Shown here: piece after piece, positions 44,721 to 53,162 of the stretch
How the letters are laid out: each line of letters begins with the position of its first letter
Position numbering within the stretch: the first letter of the stretch is position 1
IMG/VR virus record: IMGVR_UViG_2974670102_000001
Coordinates: 96,001 to 160,000 of that record
Reading direction: 5' to 3' (one strand)
Length of the DNA: 64,000 nucleotides
Source of the DNA: a virus
Lineage: Duplodnaviria > Caudoviricetes
Position numbers and translations under genes: made by a program
Notes under the pieces: model-generated
The model's input: the letters and a program-made list of their open reading frames with translations, nothing else
What the model was told of the DNA's origin: nothing
Databases searched by the model: none

Positions 44721-46256
44721 ATGGCACGCCAAAAGGGCACCGATTTCGACAACATCAACACCAACGGCAACAAACGTGACAAAGTGAAGGTCACGGACGT
44801 GGTGACCCTGTTCAAGTTCCCGGAAAAGAAGTGGGTGACTCTGCGCCTGTACGGTGACATCCACTCGTACGCAACCGCGTGGGTGAAGACGAAGACGAAG
44901 GACGGCAAGTCCACGAAGTTCCCGATCGATCTTCCGTCGTACGACCCGACGACCCAGACGTTCGACAGCACGAAGTACGACCCGTGGTACGAGTTCTCGC
45001 AACAAGAGCGCGACAACAACGTCGAGCGTGACGACCAGATGATTCAGGTCGGCCGCAAGTTCTACATGAACGCGCTGCTGCGTCACCTCCAGAAGCAACA
45101 ACCGAGCACGAAGATTCGTCCGACGAGCACCGAGAAGGAAACGGGCTTCAAGGACAAGGACAGCGACACGTGGACGCCGTGGCAAGTTCTGGCGCTGAGC
45201 CCGGGCCTGATCGGCAAGATTCGCGAACTGAAGGGTCTCAACACCGTGACCTCGAAGAAGACGGGTGCCACGAAGACGTACAACGTGTCGGACGAGAAGT
45301 TCGGTCGCGACATCCGTATCCTGTACGATTCGACGAAATCGCCGGGTGACCAGTACCAAGTGGTGCCGGGTGATTCGCGCACTCCGATGACGGAAGAAGA
45401 ACTCTCGTTCCTGCGCTGGGACACGTCGGCTCTCGCATCGGAACCGCCGAGCGACGAGGAAACGAAGAAGGAATTCGAGTCGTGGGCCAAGCGCAACGGC
45501 ATCAAGCTGAAGTCGGGCAAGCGCCGTGACGAAGAGGACATCGACGAGGACGAAGACGAGTCCCCGAAGAAGGGCAAGTCGAAGAAGACGACGACCTCGA
45601 AGAAGAAGCAAGTCGAAGAAGACGACGAGGACGATGAAGACCTCGACGGTGACGACGATGGCCTCGACGAGGACGAAGACGACGAACCGGCTCCGAAGAA
45701 GGGCAAGAAGGCCCCGGCCAAGGGCAAGAAGGTCGTCGAAGAAGACGACGATGACGACCTCGACGAAGACGAAGACGAAGACGAAGACGAGGATGACGAA
45801 CCGGCCCCGAAGAAGGGCAAGAAGGCGGCTCCTGCCAAGGGCAAGAAGAAGCAGGTCGACGAAGACGACGAGGACGAAGACGACGAAGACCTCGATGACG
45901 ACGAAGACGACGAACCTGCACCCAAGAAAGGCAAGGCAGTGAAGGGCAAGAAGAAGCCGGTCGAAGAAGACGACGAAGACGAGGACGATGACGACCTCGA
46001 CGAAGACGAGGACGAAGACGACGAGCCCGCGCCGAAGAAGAGCAAGAAGGCTGCACCGAAGGGCAAGAAGAAGCCTGTCGAGGACGACGAAGACGAGGAT
46101 GAAGACGAAGACCTCGACGACGATGAAGACGACGAGGACGAAGAACCGGCCCCGAAGAAGAGCAAGAAGCCTGCTGCGAAGAAGGTGGCAAAGAAGACCA
46201 GCAAGAAGAAGCCGGTCGAAGAAGACGAGGACGACGAAGACGACCTCGACGACTAA
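44721..46256 (+). CDS. gp32-like ssDNA-binding protein with a long acidic/basic repeat tail
   Basis: KFYMNAL...FGRDIRI core; acidic C-terminus; adjacent to recA. Confidence 0.7.
   Translation: MARQKGTDFDNINTNGNKRDKVKVTDVVTLFKFPEKKWVTLRLYGDIHSYATAWVKTKTKDGKSTKFPIDLPSYDPTTQTFDSTKYDPWYEFSQQERDNNVERDDQMIQVGRKFYMNALLRHLQKQQPSTKIRPTSTEKETGFKDKDSDTWTPWQVLALSPGLIGKIRELKGLNTVTSKKTGATKTYNVSDEKFGRDIRILYDSTKSPGDQYQVVPGDSRTPMTEEELSFLRWDTSALASEPPSDEETKKEFESWAKRNGIKLKSGKRRDEEDIDEDEDESPKKGKSKKTTTSKKKQVEEDDEDDEDLDGDDDGLDEDEDDEPAPKKGKKAPAKGKKVVEEDDDDDLDEDEDEDEDEDDEPAPKKGKKAAPAKGKKKQVDEDDEDEDDEDLDDDEDDEPAPKKGKAVKGKKKPVEEDDEDEDDDDLDEDEDEDDEPAPKKSKKAAPKGKKKPVEDDEDEDEDEDLDDDEDDEDEEPAPKKSKKPAAKKVAKKTSKKKPVEEDEDDEDDLDD
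45530..46253 (+). repeat. Coding tandem repeats (D/E run + PAPKKGKK unit, about 6 copies)
   Basis: GACGAA/GAAGAC-rich blocks alternating with AAGAAGGGCAAG. Confidence 0.85.
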
Positions 46257-46270
46257 GCCAGCGTCGACGT

Positions 46271-46278
46271 AGTAAATA
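46271..46278 (+). promoter_or_regulatory. AGTAAATA motif
   Basis: Between SSB and recA. Confidence 0.6.
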
Positions 46279-46287
46279 AAGTAGGAC

Positions 46288-46327
46288 AGAGCCCGGTAGG
46301 CAGAAGTCTATCGGGCTCTTTTTGTTT
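46288..46327 (+). terminator. Rho-independent terminator
   Basis: AGAGCCCGGTAG/CTATCGGGCTCT followed by a T-run. Confidence 0.75.
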
Positions 46328-46350
46328 CCTAATAACCGGAACATAGCTAC

Positions 46351-47847
46351 ATGGCAACGAAAAAGGCAGCAGCACCGGCAGCAAAGAAGGCGGCACCCAA
46401 GAAGGCACCGGCCGCTAAAAAGACGGCCGTGAAAGACGAAGTACTCGCGGAAATCGAAGCCGCGACCAAGACACCGAAGTTCGACGTGCGTTCGTTCTAT
46501 CGTGGAACCATTGACGACGTGAGCCGTCGTCAGGGCGTTGAGGCCGATCCCATGGAGGACATCAAGCCGCTGAGCACTGGCCTGCTGATGCTGGACCTGC
46601 TGTACGGCGGTGGTATCCGACCAGCGATGTACACGCACGCTGGCGACGAACAGACGGCAAAGACGACGCTGGCACTGATGGTCATGGTCAACGCAGTCAA
46701 CAAGAACGTGCCGCTGATCGCGTTCTGGGACTACGAGGGCTCGACGAAGAACTCGAAACCGTATCTCGCATCGATCCTGCGTTCGATGGGTGCCAAGGTC
46801 GGCATTCGAGACGTGTTCGGCAAGAAAGACAAGGAAACGGGCCAGTGGCTCGTGCATCCGGTCGTTCAGTACTACCCAGAAACCATTGGCGAGAAGTTCT
46901 TCTCGTGGATGGCCGCAATCCAAAAGCAGTACCCGGACAAGCGTCTGGTGGCCGGTAAGTGGTGGCTGATTTACGACGACAACAAAGCCAACAAAGCCAT
47001 GATCGGTGACGCACACGATCCGAAGATGGCCAAGAAATACGGAAAGGGCCTGTGGGTCGAAGCCCCGGACGGCAACCTTCAGGGTGTGGTCATCGTCGAC
47101 TCGTACCCGGCAATGAACCCGGAGTCGAACGACGACGAGGACGCAGACAACTCGTTGGGCGTCCACGCGCGATTCTTCGCCAAGCACCTTCCGCGCGTGA
47201 AGGGCCGCATGGGCAAGAAGATGATTGCACTGCTCGGCATGAACCAGCTTTCGGATATTCCGATGGCCATGTACGGGCCGAAGCAACAAGAGTCGTGCGG
47301 CAAGAAGCTGCGCTACTACTCGGATGTCCGAATCTGGAACACGAAGCGTGGCTCCGGCATGCCGTTCAACGCAGTCTTCGACAAGGAAGAAGGCACCGAA
47401 CTCGAAAAGAGCGTGACGGGCAAGGGCAACGACTCGTATCGGTATATCCAGACGAAGACGGTCAAGAACAAGCTGTGGACGCCGGGCCGGAAAGCGTGGT
47501 TCCGCATCTGGGTTGCAGACGCCGAAGGCAACGGCTGCGGTCTCGACCCGTTCTTCGACACGATCATGTATCTGAAGGAGACGGGACAGCTTGTCGGTAA
47601 CGACCGCAAGCGCCTGACCCTGAAGCTTGACGGCCTCGATCCGATCCACAAGCCCACGTGGATGGAACTCAAGACGTGGGTGCTCGGGACCAAGGAACAG
47701 AAGGTCGAAATCTGCAAGAAGTTCAAGATCGCGAAGCCGTTCTGTCTGCGTGCATGGTGCTTCAAGCAGAGCGAATCGGGTAAGGGCGAAACGCTCTACG
47801 TCGAGCAGAAGGGTGAGAAGAAGGTCAGCGAGGAATCGGAGGACTAA
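46351..47847 (+). CDS. recA: RecA/UvsX-like recombinase
   Basis: STGLLMLDLLYGGG, GDEQTAKTT, IVDS, NQL, GKKLRYYSDVR, KTVKNK. Confidence 0.88.
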   Translation: MATKKAAAPAAKKAAPKKAPAAKKTAVKDEVLAEIEAATKTPKFDVRSFYRGTIDDVSRRQGVEADPMEDIKPLSTGLLMLDLLYGGGIRPAMYTHAGDEQTAKTTLALMVMVNAVNKNVPLIAFWDYEGSTKNSKPYLASILRSMGAKVGIRDVFGKKDKETGQWLVHPVVQYYPETIGEKFFSWMAAIQKQYPDKRLVAGKWWLIYDDNKANKAMIGDAHDPKMAKKYGKGLWVEAPDGNLQGVVIVDSYPAMNPESNDDEDADNSLGVHARFFAKHLPRVKGRMGKKMIALLGMNQLSDIPMAMYGPKQQESCGKKLRYYSDVRIWNTKRGSGMPFNAVFDKEEGTELEKSVTGKGNDSYRYIQTKTVKNKLWTPGRKAWFRIWVADAEGNGCGLDPFFDTIMYLKETGQLVGNDRKRLTLKLDGLDPIHKPTWMELKTWVLGTKEQKVEICKKFKIAKPFCLRAWCFKQSESGKGETLYVEQKGEKKVSEESED

Positions 47848-48545
47848 TGGGATACAATCCGCTCGTGCTCTCCACACGTGAAGAGCAAGAACAGGCGGAT
47901 GACTTCCTGATGTCCCTGACGCAATTGGCACGGACTACTACCAATCCGCAAGGTAGTTCTCCTATGCAAGAGATTGAGCGGAGACTAGCCGAGGCGCAGG
48001 CCCCGGAACAAAACGCGAGCGCTCCGGCCCCCCAGCGGGTACGACGTTCGCGTTTTTTCTATTCTCCGACCAAGAGCTTCAAGGAGGCCGTAGACGATGC
48101 TAAGGGGATTTCTGAACCGAAGTCATTGCCTGTTGAAAATGGTGAGATAAACGACCGGGCCGAGGCGTACGCGCGTGAACTCCCTGTCGCGCTCTCGGAC
48201 AAGATCGCGGTTATACGCGAGTACCTGTTGAACGAGTGGGCACCGTCTGCGTTTGCGACGAGCGCGGCCACCGCACAGTTCATGGATGTTGCGCAACGTA
48301 CACTTGGGACTGCCATCGACACGCAGCCCATGATGAAGCTGCAACTCATGGTCGACAAGGCACTCACCGTCAAGATGGCTGAGTTCGTAGCCCAGTTCAT
48401 GAATCTGGACCCTTCGCAGGCACCGGCACTAGCAGATCACGTGGCCCCCAAGAAGGAGGCCATCATCATCCATCCACATGACGACGAGCGCCGTCAGCGG
48501 CAGCGTCCAGCACCACGCAGAGAACGAGAAGATGAAGAAGATTGA
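47847..48545 (+). CDS. Hypothetical protein upstream of terminase
   Basis: 232 aa, TAATG coupling. Confidence 0.7.
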   Translation: MGYNPLVLSTREEQEQADDFLMSLTQLARTTTNPQGSSPMQEIERRLAEAQAPEQNASAPAPQRVRRSRFFYSPTKSFKEAVDDAKGISEPKSLPVENGEINDRAEAYARELPVALSDKIAVIREYLLNEWAPSAFATSAATAQFMDVAQRTLGTAIDTQPMMKLQLMVDKALTVKMAEFVAQFMNLDPSQAPALADHVAPKKEAIIIHPHDDERRQRQRPAPRREREDEED

Positions 48546-50736
48546 CTATTCGAAGGTGACCGGCGTAGCTGATCATCTTGCGGAACTTGCCGAGTCGGGT
48601 GATTACAATCTGTTTCCCGGCCTCCTTTCGGACTCCGAAATGGAAGAGATTCAGCGTCGACGCGTGAAGGCAAAGCCGAAGGGCAAAGTCGCCACCGTGC
48701 GCGAAGACGAGTACATCATCAAGGGTGGCGGTGTCAGCGACGATGGTGAGGTCGTCGACGACTTTGACATCGCACGCTACATGGCAGAGGCCGAGGACAA
48801 GGAAACGGGCGTCCTGCACGATCTGAAGATCGATACGCGCGACATGCGCGCTGCCAAGAACTTCTACGACTACGCATTCAACATGCAGTCGGCAAAGGCA
48901 AACCCTCCGTGGTCGCGCCAGATGTGGGTTGGCCTGATGCTATTCGGTGAGGTGTGTCCACGCTGTTCGGATCACGACTGGCTAGACATTCACAACGTTC
49001 CGGTCGACTTCAAGGCCAAGGACATGCCGGATCGCCTACAGTTGCTGGAGTTCGGAAAGTGCCCGCGTTGCGGCTCCGACAAGTGGGACCTGATTCAAAA
49101 CCACGGACTCCGAAACTACATGCAGTACGTGGGCGTGATCGGGCAGCGGGGCTCGAAGTCGTCGCTCACCGCACTCCTGTCCTCGTACTCGCTGCATCGG
49201 TTTGTCAAGTTCCCGAACTACGCATCGCTGTCGAAGTCGATGCAGGCGTCGACCGAGTTGACCGGCACGTTCGTATCGCTGACGTTTGCCAAGGCCGTTG
49301 GTGTTCTGTGGACTCCGTTCAAGAAGATCATCGAAGAGAGCGACTGGTGGAAGGGATTGTTCGATATCCTGAAGCATCACGGTAACCAGATGGGCACCGA
49401 GTTGTACACGATGTCGAGCCTGTACCTGACGCTAGGCTACAAGAACATACGATTCTACCCAAGCGGCCCGAAGTCGAGCACGCTGCGGGGGGACACGCGG
49501 ATTCTTGCGGCACTGGACGAATTGGGTCTGTTCCCGCTTCCGACAGGAGATAGTGAGGAAGACGAAACAAGTGAACGTGCAAACTCGGACGAGGCGCACA
49601 AGTCGCTGTACAACAGTCTCGGTACTGTTTCGGTCACCTACGAAAACCTGCTGAAGGAAGGCGTATCCAGCGCACCGCCACCTCTGCTCTTCAACGTGTC
49701 GTCGCCGTACTCGCAGCGCGACAAGATGATGCGGCTGCTTCGGGAGGCGCGGACGCCGGACGGTGAGAAGGTGATGCTTGGCGTCAACCTCGCGACGTGG
49801 GAAATGAACCCGTTCTACACGCGAAACTCCCAGATCATCGCACAGGCGTACGCAGCCAACCCCGAAAAGGCGGCTCGTGACTGGGGTGCAAGTCCTCCGG
49901 CCGTACACTCGCGATTCATCCATCCGGATACTGTGGGCGAAGGTGTGTTTGTTGGCGGTCCTAACGCTCACAACTTCATCTACCAATTCGACAAGCCGGG
50001 TGAGGTGTATGGGCGCATCGAGCGGGTACGCGGTAACCAGTGGCCGAGCATCATCGCTATCGACGCAGGTTCCTCGAACAACTCGTTCTGTATCGCGGCC
50101 GTGCACTACAACTTCGAGACCGGGAAGACGGTGGTCGGAACCGCACTCGAATGTATTCCGATGAACGGGAAGAAGGTAAACTTCAACCTGCTGTACCTGA
50201 ACGTGATCCTGAAACTGGCGCGCGAAACGAATGCGGTTGGCATGGTGGCCGACCAATGGCAGTCGATTGATCTGTTGCAGCGTATCCGCGAGGACATGGG
50301 CCTGAATCCGCTCGGGAAACCCCGGTGCTTGCCTCGTCAGTACTCGCCACGTCGTAAGGACTTCGATGCATGTCGCGCGATGCTCACGTCGAAGAACCTG
50401 ATTCTTCCGACAATCACCGAGTCTGATCGGGATCGGATTGTGGCGGGCGGTATCGACGATTACCGCTCTGAATTCATGAACCGTCCGGTTCCCCACATTC
50501 TGCACCAGATGATCACGGTGCGCGATGTGGGCCCCGAAAAGTGCCCGGAAAAGGGCGAAGGCTACACCGACGACATGTTCCGGGCCATCGTTTTGGGCTC
50601 TACCATCGTCCACCATCCGAGAGTGATGGAGCGTCTGGCAGAAGCGCGGAACTTCAACTACGGCGGCGACAACGGAAACCGTATGCCGGAACCCGGATTT
50701 GCTGGTCGCTCGGGTGGCTTCGGGGCACGTCGATAA
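48532..50736 (+). CDS. Terminase large subunit
   Basis: GQRGSKS, LRG, AALDE, VSSP, IAIDAG, ADQWQS, DDMFRA; CPRC..CPRC insert. Confidence 0.85.
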   Translation: MKKIDYSKVTGVADHLAELAESGDYNLFPGLLSDSEMEEIQRRRVKAKPKGKVATVREDEYIIKGGGVSDDGEVVDDFDIARYMAEAEDKETGVLHDLKIDTRDMRAAKNFYDYAFNMQSAKANPPWSRQMWVGLMLFGEVCPRCSDHDWLDIHNVPVDFKAKDMPDRLQLLEFGKCPRCGSDKWDLIQNHGLRNYMQYVGVIGQRGSKSSLTALLSSYSLHRFVKFPNYASLSKSMQASTELTGTFVSLTFAKAVGVLWTPFKKIIEESDWWKGLFDILKHHGNQMGTELYTMSSLYLTLGYKNIRFYPSGPKSSTLRGDTRILAALDELGLFPLPTGDSEEDETSERANSDEAHKSLYNSLGTVSVTYENLLKEGVSSAPPPLLFNVSSPYSQRDKMMRLLREARTPDGEKVMLGVNLATWEMNPFYTRNSQIIAQAYAANPEKAARDWGASPPAVHSRFIHPDTVGEGVFVGGPNAHNFIYQFDKPGEVYGRIERVRGNQWPSIIAIDAGSSNNSFCIAAVHYNFETGKTVVGTALECIPMNGKKVNFNLLYLNVILKLARETNAVGMVADQWQSIDLLQRIREDMGLNPLGKPRCLPRQYSPRRKDFDACRAMLTSKNLILPTITESDRDRIVAGGIDDYRSEFMNRPVPHILHQMITVRDVGPEKCPEKGEGYTDDMFRAIVLGSTIVHHPRVMERLAEARNFNYGGDNGNRMPEPGFAGRSGGFGARR

Positions 50737-50782
50737 GCGGTTAAATCCTCAATTTTAGTGTACCAATTATTGAGGATTGCGT

Positions 50783-51409
50783 ATGGCTAAAAAGAAAGTG
50801 AAAAAGCCGCGCGAAGCCTACGTTTTGCCCGAGACCTCGGGTCTGGCACCTGACACCAAGCGTGTTTTGGCGCTGGACCCGGGGTCTAGCAACACGGGTA
50901 TCGCGCTAGTTGCCGTAAATTCGGCAGGGCGGGTGAAAGTCATGGCCAACGCGGTACTGGAAAAGCCAGTAGCAGACCTAACCAAGTTCGGAGAATCGCG
51001 GACCGCGTTTTTGGCAGAGATTAAACGGTGGGTCGACTTGTACCAACCGCAGGGTTTCATTGCCGAGCGGTTCATGACGCGCGGACAGCAATCGATGGGT
51101 ACTACTATCGAATGCGTGTCCGTCATGATCGGGCTGATGGCCGGAACCTATCCGGAAATTCCGATGCTCACGATCCCGGCAGCGCAGTGGAAGAACGCAT
51201 GGCACCACAGGCACAAGGGTGCCACGCTCGAAGAGACGTACAAGATTTCGCGCACAACCCCTCACCAAGTAGATGCCGCGTTCATTGGCATCTACGCACT
51301 GGAGCGTGGGTTGGGCAAGACGTTCGAATACGACCCGATGCGTATCGTTCACCAAGCAGAGATCACAAGCTGTACCAGACTTGTAAATCGTAGACCAAAG
51401 AAGAGGTGA
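50783..51409 (+). CDS. ruvC: RuvC-like Holliday junction resolvase
   Basis: VLALDPGSSNTG, IAE, WK, HQVDA. Confidence 0.85.
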   Translation: MAKKKVKKPREAYVLPETSGLAPDTKRVLALDPGSSNTGIALVAVNSAGRVKVMANAVLEKPVADLTKFGESRTAFLAEIKRWVDLYQPQGFIAERFMTRGQQSMGTTIECVSVMIGLMAGTYPEIPMLTIPAAQWKNAWHHRHKGATLEETYKISRTTPHQVDAAFIGIYALERGLGKTFEYDPMRIVHQAEITSCTRLVNRRPKKR

Positions 51410-51413
51410 GGAC

Positions 51414-51653
51414 ATGAAAGCACAACTTCCTCAAGCATTCACGAGTGCGGGCGTTACCCGCACCCAGATCGCAGCCGCAATCGCGCCCGCAAACAAGATC
51501 GAAGCGCGCATCAACATGAGCGCTGAAGTGGCGGGTGCCGGGCTCTGCCCCGAGTGTAAGAAGCCAATGGAACGCAGCAACGCCAACGGCTTCCCAGTCC
51601 TGATCTGTGAGGCGCACCGTATCGCTATACCGATGCCCAACGGAACCGTGTGA
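51414..51653 (+). CDS. Small Zn-ribbon protein
   Basis: CPEC...CEAH. Confidence 0.7.
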   Translation: MKAQLPQAFTSAGVTRTQIAAAIAPANKIEARINMSAEVAGAGLCPECKKPMERSNANGFPVLICEAHRIAIPMPNGTV

Positions 51654-51660
51654 GGCTCCT

Positions 51661-52527
51661 ATGGCTGAGAAAAAGAAACCCGCGCTGACCATCGAAGAAA
51701 TGATGGGCTTTGATCTGCGGGACAAAACCGATGCGGTGCCCAAGAAGGTGAAGAAGGACAAGACGAAGGTAAAACGGGCTCCGGCTCTGGATATCGAAGA
51801 CGTGGAAGCGGTCGAGATTCCGGTGCCGAAGAAAAAGAAGCGAGGGCGTCCACCGGAACCGCGCAACGACGAAATGACCCGTCGCGAGCGTGACCGGGAC
51901 GCACCAGCCCCGTCTACGGCTCTCGAAGTCATTGGGCGCGATCCGCTCGAAGACGACGAAGACGACATGGCGCTTACTGCGGTCAAGAAAAAGAAACATA
52001 AGGAGTCCGACGAAGATTCCGGAAACCGAATCTCTCGACTGAAGTCTAGCGGCCTGAACTCCATTCTTGGTGACGATGCCGAAAAGCTGCAACAGCTTCT
52101 CGAAGACGGTGACGCCGATTCAGCGGCCAACGCTCTTCAGAAGCGGATGCTTCAGACCTGTATTGACCTGATTGCAGAGGTTGAAAACGGGGTTCGTGAA
52201 TCGAAGGGGCGCTACGGTGTCCACTCGTTCAACAACCTCATCATGTCGATTCGTGAACTCATGACCGACATGCAACAAACGAAGGATCGGGGCGCTATAG
52301 GGCTGACTATCAGTGAGACGGTGTTGCGACCGCTCTTGCTCGACATTGCGATGATGATCATGAACGAAACAGCGGCTATTACGGCTGCTGTGAAGCCTTT
52401 AGTATCCCTTGACGACTTCAAAGAGTTTCGTAAAGAGATAGATGAGGTTCGCGCGCGTACCGGCGCGTTCATGCAGTCGTCGTATGCGGGGGCACGAGAT
52501 CGCATCATCGAGTTCATGCAACGTTAA
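51661..52527 (+). CDS. Hypothetical protein with AT-hook-like motif and helical C-terminus
   Basis: KKKKRGRPP. Confidence 0.75.
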   Translation: MAEKKKPALTIEEMMGFDLRDKTDAVPKKVKKDKTKVKRAPALDIEDVEAVEIPVPKKKKRGRPPEPRNDEMTRRERDRDAPAPSTALEVIGRDPLEDDEDDMALTAVKKKKHKESDEDSGNRISRLKSSGLNSILGDDAEKLQQLLEDGDADSAANALQKRMLQTCIDLIAEVENGVRESKGRYGVHSFNNLIMSIRELMTDMQQTKDRGAIGLTISETVLRPLLLDIAMMIMNETAAITAAVKPLVSLDDFKEFRKEIDEVRARTGAFMQSSYAGARDRIIEFMQR

Positions 52528-52657
52528 CGAAGGTGGTGATCATGGTCTTGTCGGCTTATGCTTCAGCGGTGCACCTCGGTGCCTTCATTCTTTCGGTGTA
52601 CGGAGTAGCGGAGTTCGCGCACGAGGTAACGCTGCACATAGCAGCAAAGGATATGTG

Positions 52658-53152
52658 GTGGCAAAGAAATCGACAATGACGCGTGCCGAGGTGGCAAGTA
52701 CCATCAAGGCCAAGGTAGCGGATTATTGGCGAGAGAAAATGTATGCCGTTAGCGCAGAGGTCGGCCTGAATAAGGGCGGTTCTCTGCGCGCTGACGTTTT
52801 AGCGGTCCACATGAAGAACGAAATCGTGATGGTGGAAGTCAAGTCGTGTTTGGCCGACTTCCGAAACGACCGCAAGTGGCCGCAGTACCTGAAGTACTGC
52901 AATCGACTGTTCTTCGCAGTCGGTGCCGCGACATACGAGAAAATCAAAGCTGATATTCCGCCTGAAGTTGGGGTGTTCGTCATTCGCTCCTATCTAAACA
53001 AGAAGTATTCGTACAAGCGTACAGCCATACGAATGGTCAGGTCTGCGAAGCATCGTGAGATCGACCCGAGCATTATGGCCAACGTGGCTATTCGCATGGC
53101 ATACCGTGGTGCCGACATGACGCGGTTCCGGGTAAACAACAGAATCAAATAA
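52658..53152 (+). CDS. MmcB-like PD-(D/E)XK nuclease
   Basis: RADVLAV...VEVKSCLADFRNDRKWPQYLKYCNRLFFAV. Confidence 0.85.
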   Translation: MAKKSTMTRAEVASTIKAKVADYWREKMYAVSAEVGLNKGGSLRADVLAVHMKNEIVMVEVKSCLADFRNDRKWPQYLKYCNRLFFAVGAATYEKIKADIPPEVGVFVIRSYLNKKYSYKRTAIRMVRSAKHREIDPSIMANVAIRMAYRGADMTRFRVNNRIK

Positions 53153-53162
53153 GGAGTAGTCA

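Noticed and set aside
45530-46253. Regular repeats suggestive of a CRISPR array
   Set aside because: In-frame, degenerate coding repeats with no unique spacers; no cas genes.
45083-47931. Poly-Ser ORF 45083..46204 and the 809-aa ORF 45502..47931 (also 3284..3694 and 53787..55331)
   Set aside because: Reverse-frame readings of D/E/K repeats, recA and portal.
48900-49110. Intein in terminase
   Set aside because: The insert is a short CPRC..CPRC Zn-finger with no Hint motifs.
52542-52679. 45-aa hydrophobic ORF before MmcB
   Set aside because: Plausible, but too short and featureless to support.
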